This document shows positions 50,870 to 62,800 of a stretch of 64,000 bases of DNA, piece by piece. This stretch comes from Raillietiella orientalis (taxonomy: Eukaryota), in contig JAYWIR010000003.1 of the NCBI GenBank assembly GCA_036172245.1, forward strand, positions 186,001 to 250,000. Reading direction: 5' to 3'. A program made the translations under genes and the position numbers. The number at the start of each line of letters is the position of its first letter. Position 1 is the first letter of the stretch. A model generated the notes under the pieces. That model ran no database searches and was not told the DNA's origin. It saw only the letters and a program-made list of their open reading frames with translations.

Positions 50870-53800
50870 CTAACAGCTACCAGTCTTTTTCCTGCTGGTA
50901 GAATTCTTCTTTCCTTCGTTCGCTTTGCTTCGTTCTGAAATCACACAGACGAGGGAGTTTCCCTCAAAGTCCACTCGGGACGGCGGAATGGCCGTGCAGA
51001 GCACCATCCAAACATTCCGCCAAATCATAGGACGAAAGGAGCAAAAACGAAACATTCAGATGCGATCGGTCGCGCCCGCAGCCTCCAAGAATCTTTCGCT
51101 CGTCGGATGCGATTCTTGGAATTTCCCGGAAATTCCAGAGGGAAGCGTGTTTTTTTTTTTGTTTTTTGCTTTCATTTTTCTCATTTGAAGGAATTCTTGG
51201 AAACTTTTCAGAAGTTGCAAAAGTACCTTCCGGTCGCGGAAGAATTTCTTCCAGACGACTTTTATGAGGACTTTTAAGGAGCGCTTGACGGAATGCATCT
51301 CACTGGATGTTCCAGATGCTGGAAGAAACCGCTCGCGGGCGCGCCCGAATGCGCTTCCAGAGGAGCCCGGAGGGCGAGATTTCCCTGTTTCTCTGTGGGG
51401 TCTGTGAGCGGGCAAGCAGTGTCGAAGGCCAATTTCCAAAGGAAGTGCGTCCGAAGCGATCACTTCGGAAACCGTGCACGTGCTGCCGCGCACCGCGTTT
51501 GCACCACAGCGCGAAGGTGTCGGTGGATCTTCGGATCCGTCTCGGAACGGGTGCGCGCCCACGCCTTGGCCAGCATAGGTGTTTGGGAGCGGACGGCAGG
51601 AAAGGCCCAGCAAGAGCGGGAGCGGAGATCCCCTTGCCACCTTCTTGAGAAAGCAGCGGCGGCTGCCTCTCTGGATGTCGGCGAAGAGCTCCATGGGAAA
51701 CCCCCCGAGTGGAGGAGGAGGTACTTGTGGAAGAACTCGCCCAGACAAGCGGAATGCCTCCCTCACCCTCCTTCCTCCGCCCCCACGTGGCCGCTCAAGG
51801 AGCGCAGCTTTTGCGTTTTCGGTCCAAGATGCCATCCGCTTCCCCCCACCCCCATTCGGAAAATCGAAATCTTCGTGTAACCGTAAATTTTCCGTTTCGG
51901 CTGGGGGCCCCACGGCACACGTAGGCGCACCTGGCCGTTCGCGGAACGCAGGGTCACCGCAGACGCCAGGGCTGGGAGGTCGAGCAACTCGCGAGAGCCC
52001 CATCGGACCGGCGGAGAGGCCCTCTGGACTTTTCCCGGCGACGTTCCCGTCGCGAGGGAAGTGCCGGCTCGACCGTGAATTACTCCTCGACTCCCGAGGG
52101 CTTGTGAAGCGCAGCTCTCCGGGACTCATGGGGGACCTTAGCCCGAGCCGCAGCGTGCCGAACAGCCCAGCCGGGAGCGGCTCGTCGAGACGTGCCAGAC
52201 ACGCCGATCCCTGCTCCGCGCGTGTCAAACTCAAAGCGCGGCGGCGGATCCAGAAGATGCCGAGCACGCGCGCGTCCCGGCGAAGAGGAATCGAACCGCG
52301 TCCGCTCCACCTGAAGCCGCCGACTGGGGAAGCACGCGGGACTCCACGCGCCCCGGGAAGAGAGCGACGACGGGAAATCCTTGTTTCCTCCCCCCTCCCT
52401 TCCCCCGGTTTCATTGGTTTTCCTTCCAGATTTTATTTTCCTTTCTTTCTTTCCTTCCGGGTTGTCCTTCCCTTTTTCGGGGATGGGGTTCCAAGGAGTG
52501 CCGAGGCACCGCTCGCCGCCTGGCGGCTCACGCAGCTCCTTGAGGGCGAGGACGGCGAGCCGTCCGGGTGCGCGTGCGTTCTTGAGAGGACGACCCCCCT
52601 CCCTTCCCTTCCTCCCTTCAAAAAACATGAGTGTACTCGCAGGTGACCTCAAGTAACTCGCTGGGTCTTCCGAGGTGATGGGATCGGTTCAGCGGCAAGC
52701 AACAAACAGCCCCTCAAGTAGACGGCAGCCCGCTTACCGTCGCCGTGTTCCTCTTGATACGGGTGACCATGGTTCGTGGCCTTTGAACTGTATTCTGGTA
52801 CTTCGGCCAAGAAGTTGGAAGGAACCAGGCCCCGTACTCCATGCAGTTCTCCCATGTAGAAGCCATCGTCGTCCATGTCACCATACACATCGATCATGTC
52901 TCCCGTGCGGAAGCGCAGCTCCACCTACCGGACCACAATCAGCGAAAGATTCCACGCTTTGAGCACCCCAGATTTTTCGACCCTTCTTTTGGGGAGGAGG
53001 AGGGAGATGGGTGGAGAAATCTGCGATTCTTAGCGAGGCGCATGGGGGCCTCGCCGGCATTTCCGCGACACGTGAAGCTCCTTCTTTTCCCTCATCCCGT
53101 TCCTGCCTCTCTCCGGACCCGCGAGCTGCTGCGGGAGGGGAGACGCCCTCCGTCCATCGCGCCAAATGCTCTTCCCCATTCCTTCCTCCTCTCTCCACTT
53201 CCAGCGCTCCCGGAGGCAACGGATCTGCAGTGCAAGATCGACATGCTGGAGGTTCCCGGGATCGGCAGGTGCTACGTCTACGTCGCCAAGTGAGGGGACT
53301 CTCTCCCCTCTCCCCCCCCCGCTGTTTCCCTCGTCCCTCTGACACCGTCTCTCCGACCCCAGGTACTCCTACGACCCGCTCCTGCACTCCCCCAACGAGA
53401 ATCCAGAAACGGAGCTGCGCCTGAACGAGGGGGATTTCATCTTGGTGTGGGGAGAGATGGACGAGGTAACGGCGCGCGCTGCTCCCCCTTCCCTCCCTCT
53501 TTCCTTCCGCGTTTCCGCTGTTGCCTCCGTTTCCGGGGGATATGCGGCAGCCGGTCCCGGGGACAGGTAGGTACCCCTTAGGGCGCTCCCGACTTTCCCG
53601 GCGTCGGAGAGCAATCTTCCTCCGCGAAGTTCTTCCTCCCTTTCTTACCCTTCCTCTTACTTCCGGAGGATCATGCGAGCCCACCGCGGACGGATGGACA
53701 GGGCGGTGCGGTAGGAGGAGGAGGGAAAAGAGGACGGCTGGTTCCGTGAACGAAGAGCCGCTCTGCAGCCCGTGTCTCCGTCGGACGCAGCAGCACTTGG

Positions 53801-56800
53801 CGCGCAACGAATTTCGCCCACTCACGTGAGGACCATCTTGGTGTGCAGGAGCAGATAGGTGCGGAGACTCCTCTCCTTCCTTCCTTGTCGCCGTTCTCGC
53901 CCCTGATGGATGCGCTCGCGAAATGCGAGATGAGGATGACCCAGGATGATGCCGCTCGATCGTCTTCCATCGGGAGCTTTCCGTCTTTTCGAGCTTTCTC
54001 TCGGGCGTAAGAAGACACGAAACCGGGAGAGAAGCAAGGAGATGAACTGCCGCGCGGGGGTCGCATGCCATAAGGCCTTCCGTTTGGAGGTCAGAGTTGT
54101 TGCTGCTGCTGCCGCGTTGCGGTTCGTCTACGAGGAGGTCGGTTCGGATTCATCACGTGACGACGTCACATCTTGCGACGTGACGCAAGCCCAGGATGGT
54201 GCTGTCGGGACTCCGCTTCCAAGATGATCAGAGAGAATCGCCCGAGGGGACTTCTTCCTCGCTCGCAGCTGGGGGAACTCGCCCGAACGAACCTGCTGGT
54301 TGCGTGTTTGCCGTGGGTAGGCAGCGACCACCAGGTCCGCGCCAGCCAGAGTGCTCCGTTAACGTCTCATGCAGAGGAAAAGAGCCATAGGATGCTCAGA
54401 GTCCTAGGAAAACGCCCGTGGGGAGCAGGCGGGAGCTCACTGGTCATTCGGGGAGGAGAGGATCGAGGCGTTTGGAGATGCGTTTTTCCGTAGATATGGG
54501 ACGAGAGTCTCCACCGCGAGCACGAACTGACTGTGCGCTGCGCCAGCAGCAGCCACTCTTTGACGACCGCCAGTCTCGAGGGAAGCCAGTCCGATGCAGT
54601 GCAACGGTGGGCGTTGGTCTTCCGAGAGATACGCGAAACCACTTCCATCCGTTGCTCCTAAACTCCGACACGGACCGCGCCCTCCCTTCAGAGAACATTC
54701 CGGAAAAAACCAAGTTTTCTTTCGAAGGTTCCTCTTCTCAGAGCAAACTGAGCTGGAACCATCGTCAGCTGGGGTCTCTGGCAGTGCCATCGTCGTCCTC
54801 CGAGACGGCAGAGACTCGGCAGAGCGACAGTTTTCTTCCCTCCTTGCAGGACGACGATTTCCGAATTCTCGGACAGGCATTGCGAAGGATCGAGGGGAGT
54901 CCAGAAGTCCTTTCTTACCCCGAAGTTAAAGGTCCCCTCTCCTAAGTCCTCGTCTCTCTCAGCTTGCATGCCTCAGGAATCCACCGCCGCAGTGGCACCA
55001 CGAGGATGATGGGTGCAGCCTCGGTGTCCTCAGCGCGTTTCGAAAGTCCCTCGGTGGGCAGCGCGCGTCCCGCTCTTGCATCCTTGGCACCTCAGCTTTC
55101 CCTATTCCTTCGCTCTTCCCGCAGTGGATAAGTCGTTGAGTGCGGTTCGTTGCTTCTTTGCCGGTCCGCAAAAGGAGCTGATCTTCTTCTGTGAGGGTTC
55201 CTCTACGGTTCTTTTCCTTTCCCCTTTTGCCGCAGAAGCGTTTCAAATCTCACCGTCCAGCAGACTGACTTGAGATGAAACAAAGTTACCTCTGCCAGCT
55301 TCTTCTTCATCTCCGTGTGTGGAGAGCCACGCAGGATGCTTCCTCCATCTTCGACGATGTGACTTCATGTGCTTCTAATCCCACCCCACTCCCTCCCACC
55401 GAACACAAAGCTCCCTATTGGAGATCGCCATTCTCATGCGTGTGGATGGAAGGAACCGCAATGTTCGCAGTCCACAGCAGGTCAGCGTGCCATTTTCCGC
55501 TGCTCGGTCCATTCCTCTTATCCTTCCATGTTCGCTCGTCCAGCTTTCTCCTCGAGCCTCCCGTTCTTTTTCGCCCAGGGCTTCTCGGAGGAAGAGGTTC
55601 TCTCTCATCCTGGGATCGCATCTCTCGGGGCTTCGGCTTCTCCTCTGATACGGTGACGTTCCATCCTCCAGGACACCAGGTCAGGGAGCGCCACTCTGCC
55701 GGGCGTATCCCGTGTGGAGGAGGCGAGAGCTCCGGTTACGACATAGAGGAAAGCAGCCTGGTGCTAACACCGCCAATGTGGTGCATCCTCGCGTTGCCAT
55801 TGCATCCAAAAGCTTGCAGCACTTAGATTCGACACCTTACCAGCTGCATCGTAGCCCCGGTGATGGAGGGGATCCTGTTTGAGCCCGGACCTCTTCGCGC
55901 GCCCGTGAAGACTCCAGTAGCCGGGGAGCTGCACGATGCAGTGGGACACCGCCTTTCGTTTCATGGCATCCCGGGTCTCTTCGAGGAAGCGCCTAAGCCT
56001 CTATTTGAACCAGGCGGAAGGTAGTCTTTGTCAAACCACTCTCAGCTCCCTCTGATCCCGCTGCAGAATGAACGGCCATCGCCTTCCCGGAGCACGCCAT
56101 CCCTTTCACGGAAGTTCTCCGACGACAGACTTGACCTCCCTCCCTTCCCCCCAGAGCAGTTCCGCCCCTACTCCTGCGCTGAGCGCATGCTCCTCTAGCG
56201 AGCAGCACGTCCTTCGAGTGGTCTTGACCGCCCACGGATCCGTGGGGCGCGTGTGGGGAGGAGAGCGTCGAAGGGCAGAGCTACCGCTGTTTCCGCACCA
56301 CGACAACGACCAACCGGCTGTCATCGAGAGCGAAGAATCAAATTCTTGCACAGGGGGAATAGAAAGGGAGGAGAAAGGGAGGAAGGGAAGAAGAGAGGAG
56401 GCGGAGAGACTCACTGTGGGGAGATCAAAGCAAACCACGGCCGCTGCCGCTCTGGCAGCCCTTTCCAATCGCCACCCCAACTCATCATTACCTCCGCGTC
56501 CACATTGGGCGACAGCTCTCGGGGGTCGTAGTCGTAGAGGGCGACCATCTTCCTGACGGGCATGCAGGCGTAGATGTCCCCCCACCGGTCGTGCTTGCCA
56601 CCCCGGTGGCTCGCCTCCTTGAGCAGTTCCTGGGCGATGGTCTCGTCGTCGATCTGCACCTCGCTGACCATGTTGCAAGGCACGTAACCCTTCAGGCCAT
56701 TGGCTTCGCCCCAGAAGAACCCGTCTGGGTCCTTGTCCCCGTAGATCTGCAAGTGAGGAGAGGAAAAGAAGGGAATATGGCTCTCTTTCCCGTGAGAGGT

Positions 56801-59800
56801 ATGCTAGTCCACTCTGGGAGGCGGACGCACCCTCGCTTGCGCACCAACCTTGATAAGGTCTCCTTCCCTAAAGGGCAGCTCCTCCTCGCACGCGCCCGGG
56901 TTGGGGGACATGGAGGGAGGGTCGTAGTCGAAGAGAGCCACGAAGATCCTGGTCCTCTCGGTGGAGGAGGGGGCCTCCCACTGCTTCTTCGGGTGCCGGT
57001 CCGGGGCTTGGGAGGAAGGGACCCCCGCCACAGGCTCCATCGCCGCGTGCCTCCTGGGTTTGCGGTGGTGGTGGTGGGACCTTACCCTCTCCAGCGCGGC
57101 CTCTCCGTCCGGGTGATGGTGCTTCGAGGGATTCACCTTCCCGTTCACCGTGTCGTGCGTTATCTCTGTTGGGAGGACGCCCCACGCTGCGCGCAACTGC
57201 CTGCGACCACACACAGCCCTCACGGACCTATAGAAGGGATCGGTCTCCTTTCCTGGGGGTACACCTCCTTGTCGCTGAGGTTCTCCTCCGTCTCCAAAGT
57301 CACGTGGTTCTCCAAGTTGCTCCGCCTGTGGCTCCCGTCCTCCTGGGAAACAACCTTGTAGGACTTGGAGACGGTCGCGGTTTCCTTCACTCCGTTCTTC
57401 TTGCCGTGATCCTTCTCTTTGGACGCGGGCTTCTGGAGCTGGTAACGAAGAGGATTGATCCCCACTGCGGCCGGAAACGACCAACATTTTCTCTCCCTCC
57501 CGCCAATGGAGCTCCCCTGTCCGAGGGAACGTTCCCACGTTGGAGGTTCGCGCATGGCGCGAGTCTCCAGCGTGGCTACGAGGATGAAAAGAGAAGGAAG
57601 AGAAGGAGGAAGAAAGGAAAAAAGGGAGGGAGCAGGAAGTGGGGCTGGAGGAAGGAAAAAGGAGGAGGAGAAGGAAACAGGGAAGAAACGGAGAGAAAGA
57701 GGAGGAGGAAAGGAAGACAAAAAGGACGAAAAGGGAAGGAGAAGAAGGAAGAAAGGTAGAGGAAGAGGAGAAAGAGAGAGGGAAATGGGAGGAGGCAAGT
57801 GCCTCGCCCTCGAGGGAGCGGAGGGAGGACCTCGCAGCCGCCCCTGCGTAACTCCCTCTCCCCCACCTTTCCGACGCGTACCTTGCGCGGAGACGACGAG
57901 GGCTTCTTCGTCTCCTCGGTTTCCCCCTTCGCGATGCCGGCCATGGCGTCGGGTACGACGCCGGGAAGCGAGTCGACGGACAGCCCGTCCTTGGATCTGG
58001 TCCGCACGGTGACCTTGCTGGGCACGGGAAACTGGGCGATGTCGATGAGGGCGTGGTCGCCCGTGGGGCTGTCCACGTCCGCGACCTTCTTGCCATCCAT
58101 GTACACGGAGTAGCCGACGACGGCGCTGATGCTGGCGAGCGCATGCTTGTCGAGAGCGACGGGTTGCCAGGTGACGAGGACGGTGTCGTCCTGGGGTCCG
58201 GGCTCCACTTGCACATTCGTGGGCGAGTCCGGGAGACCTGCGGGAGACAGAACGGGGGTTACCGCGCCCCTCCCCCACCATCTCCGCGCGCTCCGGGCAG
58301 GGAACGGCACGAGGCGACCGGTACCTTTGCGCAGCGTGCGAAACTCGACGCACGCCGTGGTGGGCACGTCCACGCGCCTCTCCCCGTAGCCAGGAGGCGG
58401 GATGTTCTTGGAGCGCACGGTCACCTTGTACAGGGTGTCCGGAGTGAGGCCTGCAAAGGAAGAAGCGTGGAACATGGGTCCCGCTCCCGGGATAGCGACG
58501 TCCCCCACCCCCCTTCCCGTGCCTGAGATGGTGTGGCGGTAGACGCCCGGCTTCAGGACGCGGACCTCGACGTTGTTCACCACCACGGCGTGCTGGTAGT
58601 TGCTGTTGCTGGGCAGCCAGGTGATCACGGCGGACGTGCTGGTGATGTGGGACGCCTGGACGCAAGTGGGGGCGGTCGGGATTCTCTTGCCTATGATCAT
58701 GGTGCAGGCGGCATCCGTGGACGTCCTCCTGTTCGCGGTCACGGAGCGTACGCTGACGCGGTGGATCTGTGGCGGCGGAGGGACGCCGGTGAGCACGGCG
58801 ACCACGAGTACCGCCACGGATACGCACCTTGGAGAGGTCGATGTTTTCCACCAGGGCGCGGGTCTTCTCCGTCGCCTTGACGACGTTCCTGAGGATGCCA
58901 TCCACGTAGACGTAGTAGTATTCGATGCCGCAGTCGTCTCCCTGGGCCGGGCTCCAGCGCAGCAGCACGCTTTTGTTGAGCTGCCTCTCCAGAACGAGCT
59001 GCTGCGGGGGCTCCACCAGCGTGGAGAAGAACATCTCTGGAGACAGAGAGGAGGAGGAGGAGATGTCGCAGTCCTCGTCTTCTCGTCCGCCCGCCCGAGA
59101 GAGCGAGAAGGAGGGAGCGAGGGAGCGTGCCGCGAGCATCCTGAGTCGTGCGGATGCGTCTTCGAGGGTCGCTGCCTGCAAAGAGGCGAGCGCCGTGCGC
59201 TGGCCGTGGGTGCGGACGGGGTGGGAGAGGTGAGGGCCCGAAGGGGGAGCCTCTTCCGCCACCGCCGCCGCAGCCACCTTCGCTGCAACCCACGCGCAAG
59301 CAGCTGGAGACGCGGCGCTGCAGCCTGCGGCTGTTCCGCGTGTCCCCACCGCGAGTCGTCGTGCCCGGCAGCGGAGGCGCTGCCTGTGTCGCGGCACGCA
59401 GGATACCGGGCCTTCCTTCCCTGTGGCTCCCGCCGTCGAAGACCCTTCTCGTCCGTCCCGCGTGCTGCTGCTCGTCTGCGCGGGAGCAGAGGCGGATTGC
59501 CGCGGGCATACTGGCAGGGCAGGAGCGGCAAGGGGCTGCACCCTTGCCCCCACGGTGACTCCAGTCTGTCCCTGCAAATGAAGGAGAGGCTACGAGGCTA
59601 CGAGGAGGAAAGGAGGAGGAGAAGGAGGGAAGGAGAGGAGAGGAAAGGAAGAGGAGGAGTGGGAAAAGAGGAGAGGGAGGAGAAGGAAGAAGAAAGGAAG
59701 GAAAGGAGAGGAGGAGGGAGCAGGAAATGGAGCAGGAGGAAGTTAAAAGGGAGAAAGAAACAGAGAGAGAAAGAGGAAGAGGAGGATGAAAGGAAAGGAA

Positions 59801-62800
59801 GAAAAGGAGGAGGAAAAAGGGAGGAGGAAGACGACATCGTCCTCCTCCTCCCTTTGGTCTCATCCACCCCCTCTGCGAGCTCTGCTCCTCTGCCACGTGC
59901 CGCTCGACCTCTTCGCCACCTGGCCGCTCGCATTGCTCGTGCCGCCGCCGCATGGACCGGTGCGCTTTTCTTCTTCTACACCAATCCTTGCCTCCTCTCC
60001 CCCTCCCCTGTCCTGCAATCGCGTGAGCTGTGGATTGTCTGACTTCTCCCTTTCTAAAAATGCGCGCATACCGCTCGCCGGGCCGAGTCGGTATCATCGT
60101 CGGGCGTTGCTGCCGGCAGCGGGGACTTCTCGTCAGCTCACCCGCTTTCCAGAGGATGGTGGTCCCCGATCGCCGGACTCCCGGAAGAAATCAGTCTCCT
60201 TCCCGCGAGGAGATCGCTTCTAATCCCTCTTTCACCCACCTTCCGTCGGCGACCTTCCCCACTCATTCATGCCCTCTTGGGCTTCCCAAGGGATGTCCCG
60301 TTGCCACGGTTCCCGTAGAGGATGCGAGAGCGCAGTCGGAGGGAGGCTGTCGCGCCCAGGAAGGTGTTCAGGGGTTTCCAGGAGCTTCGTGCGCATTTCC
60401 AGTGCTGCTGGAGATGGGAAGAAAGGAGTGACAGAGGGGCGACTGTGGGAGGGCTTGCTCGTGCTTGCGAGCAGCCTCGCTAGTCGTAGGAGAGGAAGAG
60501 GGAATGTGAGGGAGCGAAGGTCCCAGAAGAGGAAGGCTGAGGGCCCGGAAATCCAGGAGTGGACATTGATCCTCCGGTAGCCCAGGACCTCCTCTTCCTG
60601 GTGACCCTTGTACCCACGGATCTTTCAGCGGCGTGTTTCCGGGAAGACGCCTTCCCCACCGAGCGTAGGAAATTCCTTCTTTTTCCTCCCTCTCCTTCCT
60701 CACCTCCTCATCCTCCCTATGTTCCTTTCTCCCTCCTTCCCTGCATCCCTTTGCTTTCAGAAACCTCCAAGCCGGTCTCCTCAGAGGATTCCAAGCGCCC
60801 CTTCCCAGAAAGAGACCCCTCTCAGCCTCTTCCCAGATTCGCCTTCCGGAAGGCGTGGTCCCCTTGCTCCCTGTCTCCCTCCGCCCCACTGCTCCTCCCA
60901 TCGACTCTTGAGAGAACTGATCCTCACCGTTGTTTCTGGGCTCCTGCTGGTGGTCTTCGAAGTCCTCGATGTCGAAGAAGTAGCAGTCGAAGCGCCGGAA
61001 GTCTTCTGCAAGGACATCGGGATCGCTGAGCAGGGAGACTTCCGAAGGAGGGGGCAAGAGGAAGAAGGGAAGACAGAGGCGAAGAGGACAGGAGGTTCTC
61101 TCGGAGGGAGACGCGCGCACCTGTTGGAGGTGCCCTCCTCCCCTTCCTCCGCGGTTCACGGCGGGCAGAATAGGGTGGAGTCAGAGGACAGGGTTGGACT
61201 TCTTCCTTACCCGTGAGGAAGCTCTTGAGCTCTTCCATGGCGTCCAGCTCAGGGTCCTCCCCTGGGTGGCCGCAGCGCTCCTGCTGCTCTCTGAGCCTCC
61301 GGACCACGGCCTGGTGGAAGTGGATGAGATCCCTGCCCACCACCTGCTCCACGAAGTTGGAAGGGACGAGCCCCCGGCGTCCGTCTAAGAGCTCGCCATC
61401 GAAGTACCCGTCCTTCATCCCGAAAGAAAGAGGAAGAAGGGATGTTAGCAGTAGCAGGAAGGAAAGAAGGGATCAAGGACGGCGCGGCGATCACACCGTT
61501 CCCCCTGGGGCGGGCGCCAAGACGACCTTCCTCTTCCCCCTCCTCCTCCGCCCAAACCGATCGGGCGATTCCACCCCTCTTTTCCTCATCTGCTCTTCCC
61601 CTCTGCCTCCTCCCGGTTCCTCAGCAATCCTCTACCCCCTTCCTTGCCTACCCTTCATAGGGAACCCTGGGATATTCACGAAACCGGGAGCTTCGATCTC
61701 CGAGAAACGGAGGGAAAAGGGAGGTCAGTCCTTGACCCTTAACCTTGATCTCTTATCCCTCCCAGCGGTTGTCTCTCCCTGGGAGGAAGAGAAATCTCGA
61801 CGGGAAATCGCAGCCATCCCTTATTTGAAAAAAAAAAAAAGGGAAAGGGAAGGAAAGGACCCTTCCCGCTTCCCAACCCATCACCCTCTCCCATCATTCT
61901 CCCTAAGCACCCTTTCGGGGTTCGGGACAGCACCGGACGCTCCTTCCATCGAGACCCTGCTGTAAGGGTGCCCCTCATCCCCTGCTCTGGGGTACTCCCC
62001 CGTACGTACCACGGAACGCGCACAAGGGGCCCCAAGACTCTCTTAAGGATTCCTCGGTCCTTCGCCTTTCCGACCGCGGGAGGGTGCAGGAACGACCTGA
62101 TACGGCCCTCCCCTCCAAGGGAGGGCTTTTTCGGCCGCCTCGGAGTGGTCTTCGCCCCCAACCCGAACCTGAAGACGCAGCAGGCACTGGACCGCGGGCT
62201 GCCGTCGCCGCGAGGGAGACGGAAGCTGAGTTTCCGGGAAGACGGGAGACCACTGGAGAGGAAGGGGAGAGGAGGGGGAAAAGCCTTTTCGTGAAAAAGC
62301 CTTTTCCTTCTTTCCGAGTTCCGTCGTCCTCCCTCAGAGGATGAGGGCAGGGGAGCACCCACCGCGTGGGGAGACAAAGGATGCCACGCCTTCGTCCCGT
62401 TGGTCCTGTCACCCTGCTCCCAAGGAAGGCACTCCCTCCTCGCAGAAACGGCTCCTGGGAGGCGTTTCCCTGCAGCCCCCTACCGTACCGCCCTGTCCAT
62501 CCGTCCGCGGTGAGCTCGCATGATCCTCCGGAAGTAAGAGGAAGGGTAAGAAAGGGAGGAAGAACTTCGCGGAGGAAGATTGCTCTCCGACGCCGGGAAA
62601 GCCGGGAGCGCCCTAAGGGGTACCTACCTGTCCCCGGGACCGGCTGCCGCATATCCCCCGGAAACGGAGGCAACAGCGGAAACGCGGAAGGAAAGAGGGA
62701 GGGAAGGGGGAGCAGCGCGCGCCGTTACCTCGTCCATCTCTCCCCACACCAAGATGAAATCCCCCTCGTTCAGGCGCAGCTCCGTTTCTGGATTCTCGTT

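Noticed and set aside
32883..53715. A second full RIMBP paralogue on the + strand
   Set aside because: Only two blocks are present, they are in the wrong order (FN3 before SH3-1), and no other exons are found.
55280..56070. Donor-like sites and short open frames inside the intron splitting SH3-3
   Set aside because: Inclusion would disrupt the SH3 domain, and no consistent acceptor/phase chain was found.
57220..59577. 785-aa and 651-aa ORFs (also 622 and 488 aa at 32-34 kb)
   Set aside because: Read-through of RIMBP exons, introns and low-complexity tracts in mixed frames. Explained by the spliced model.
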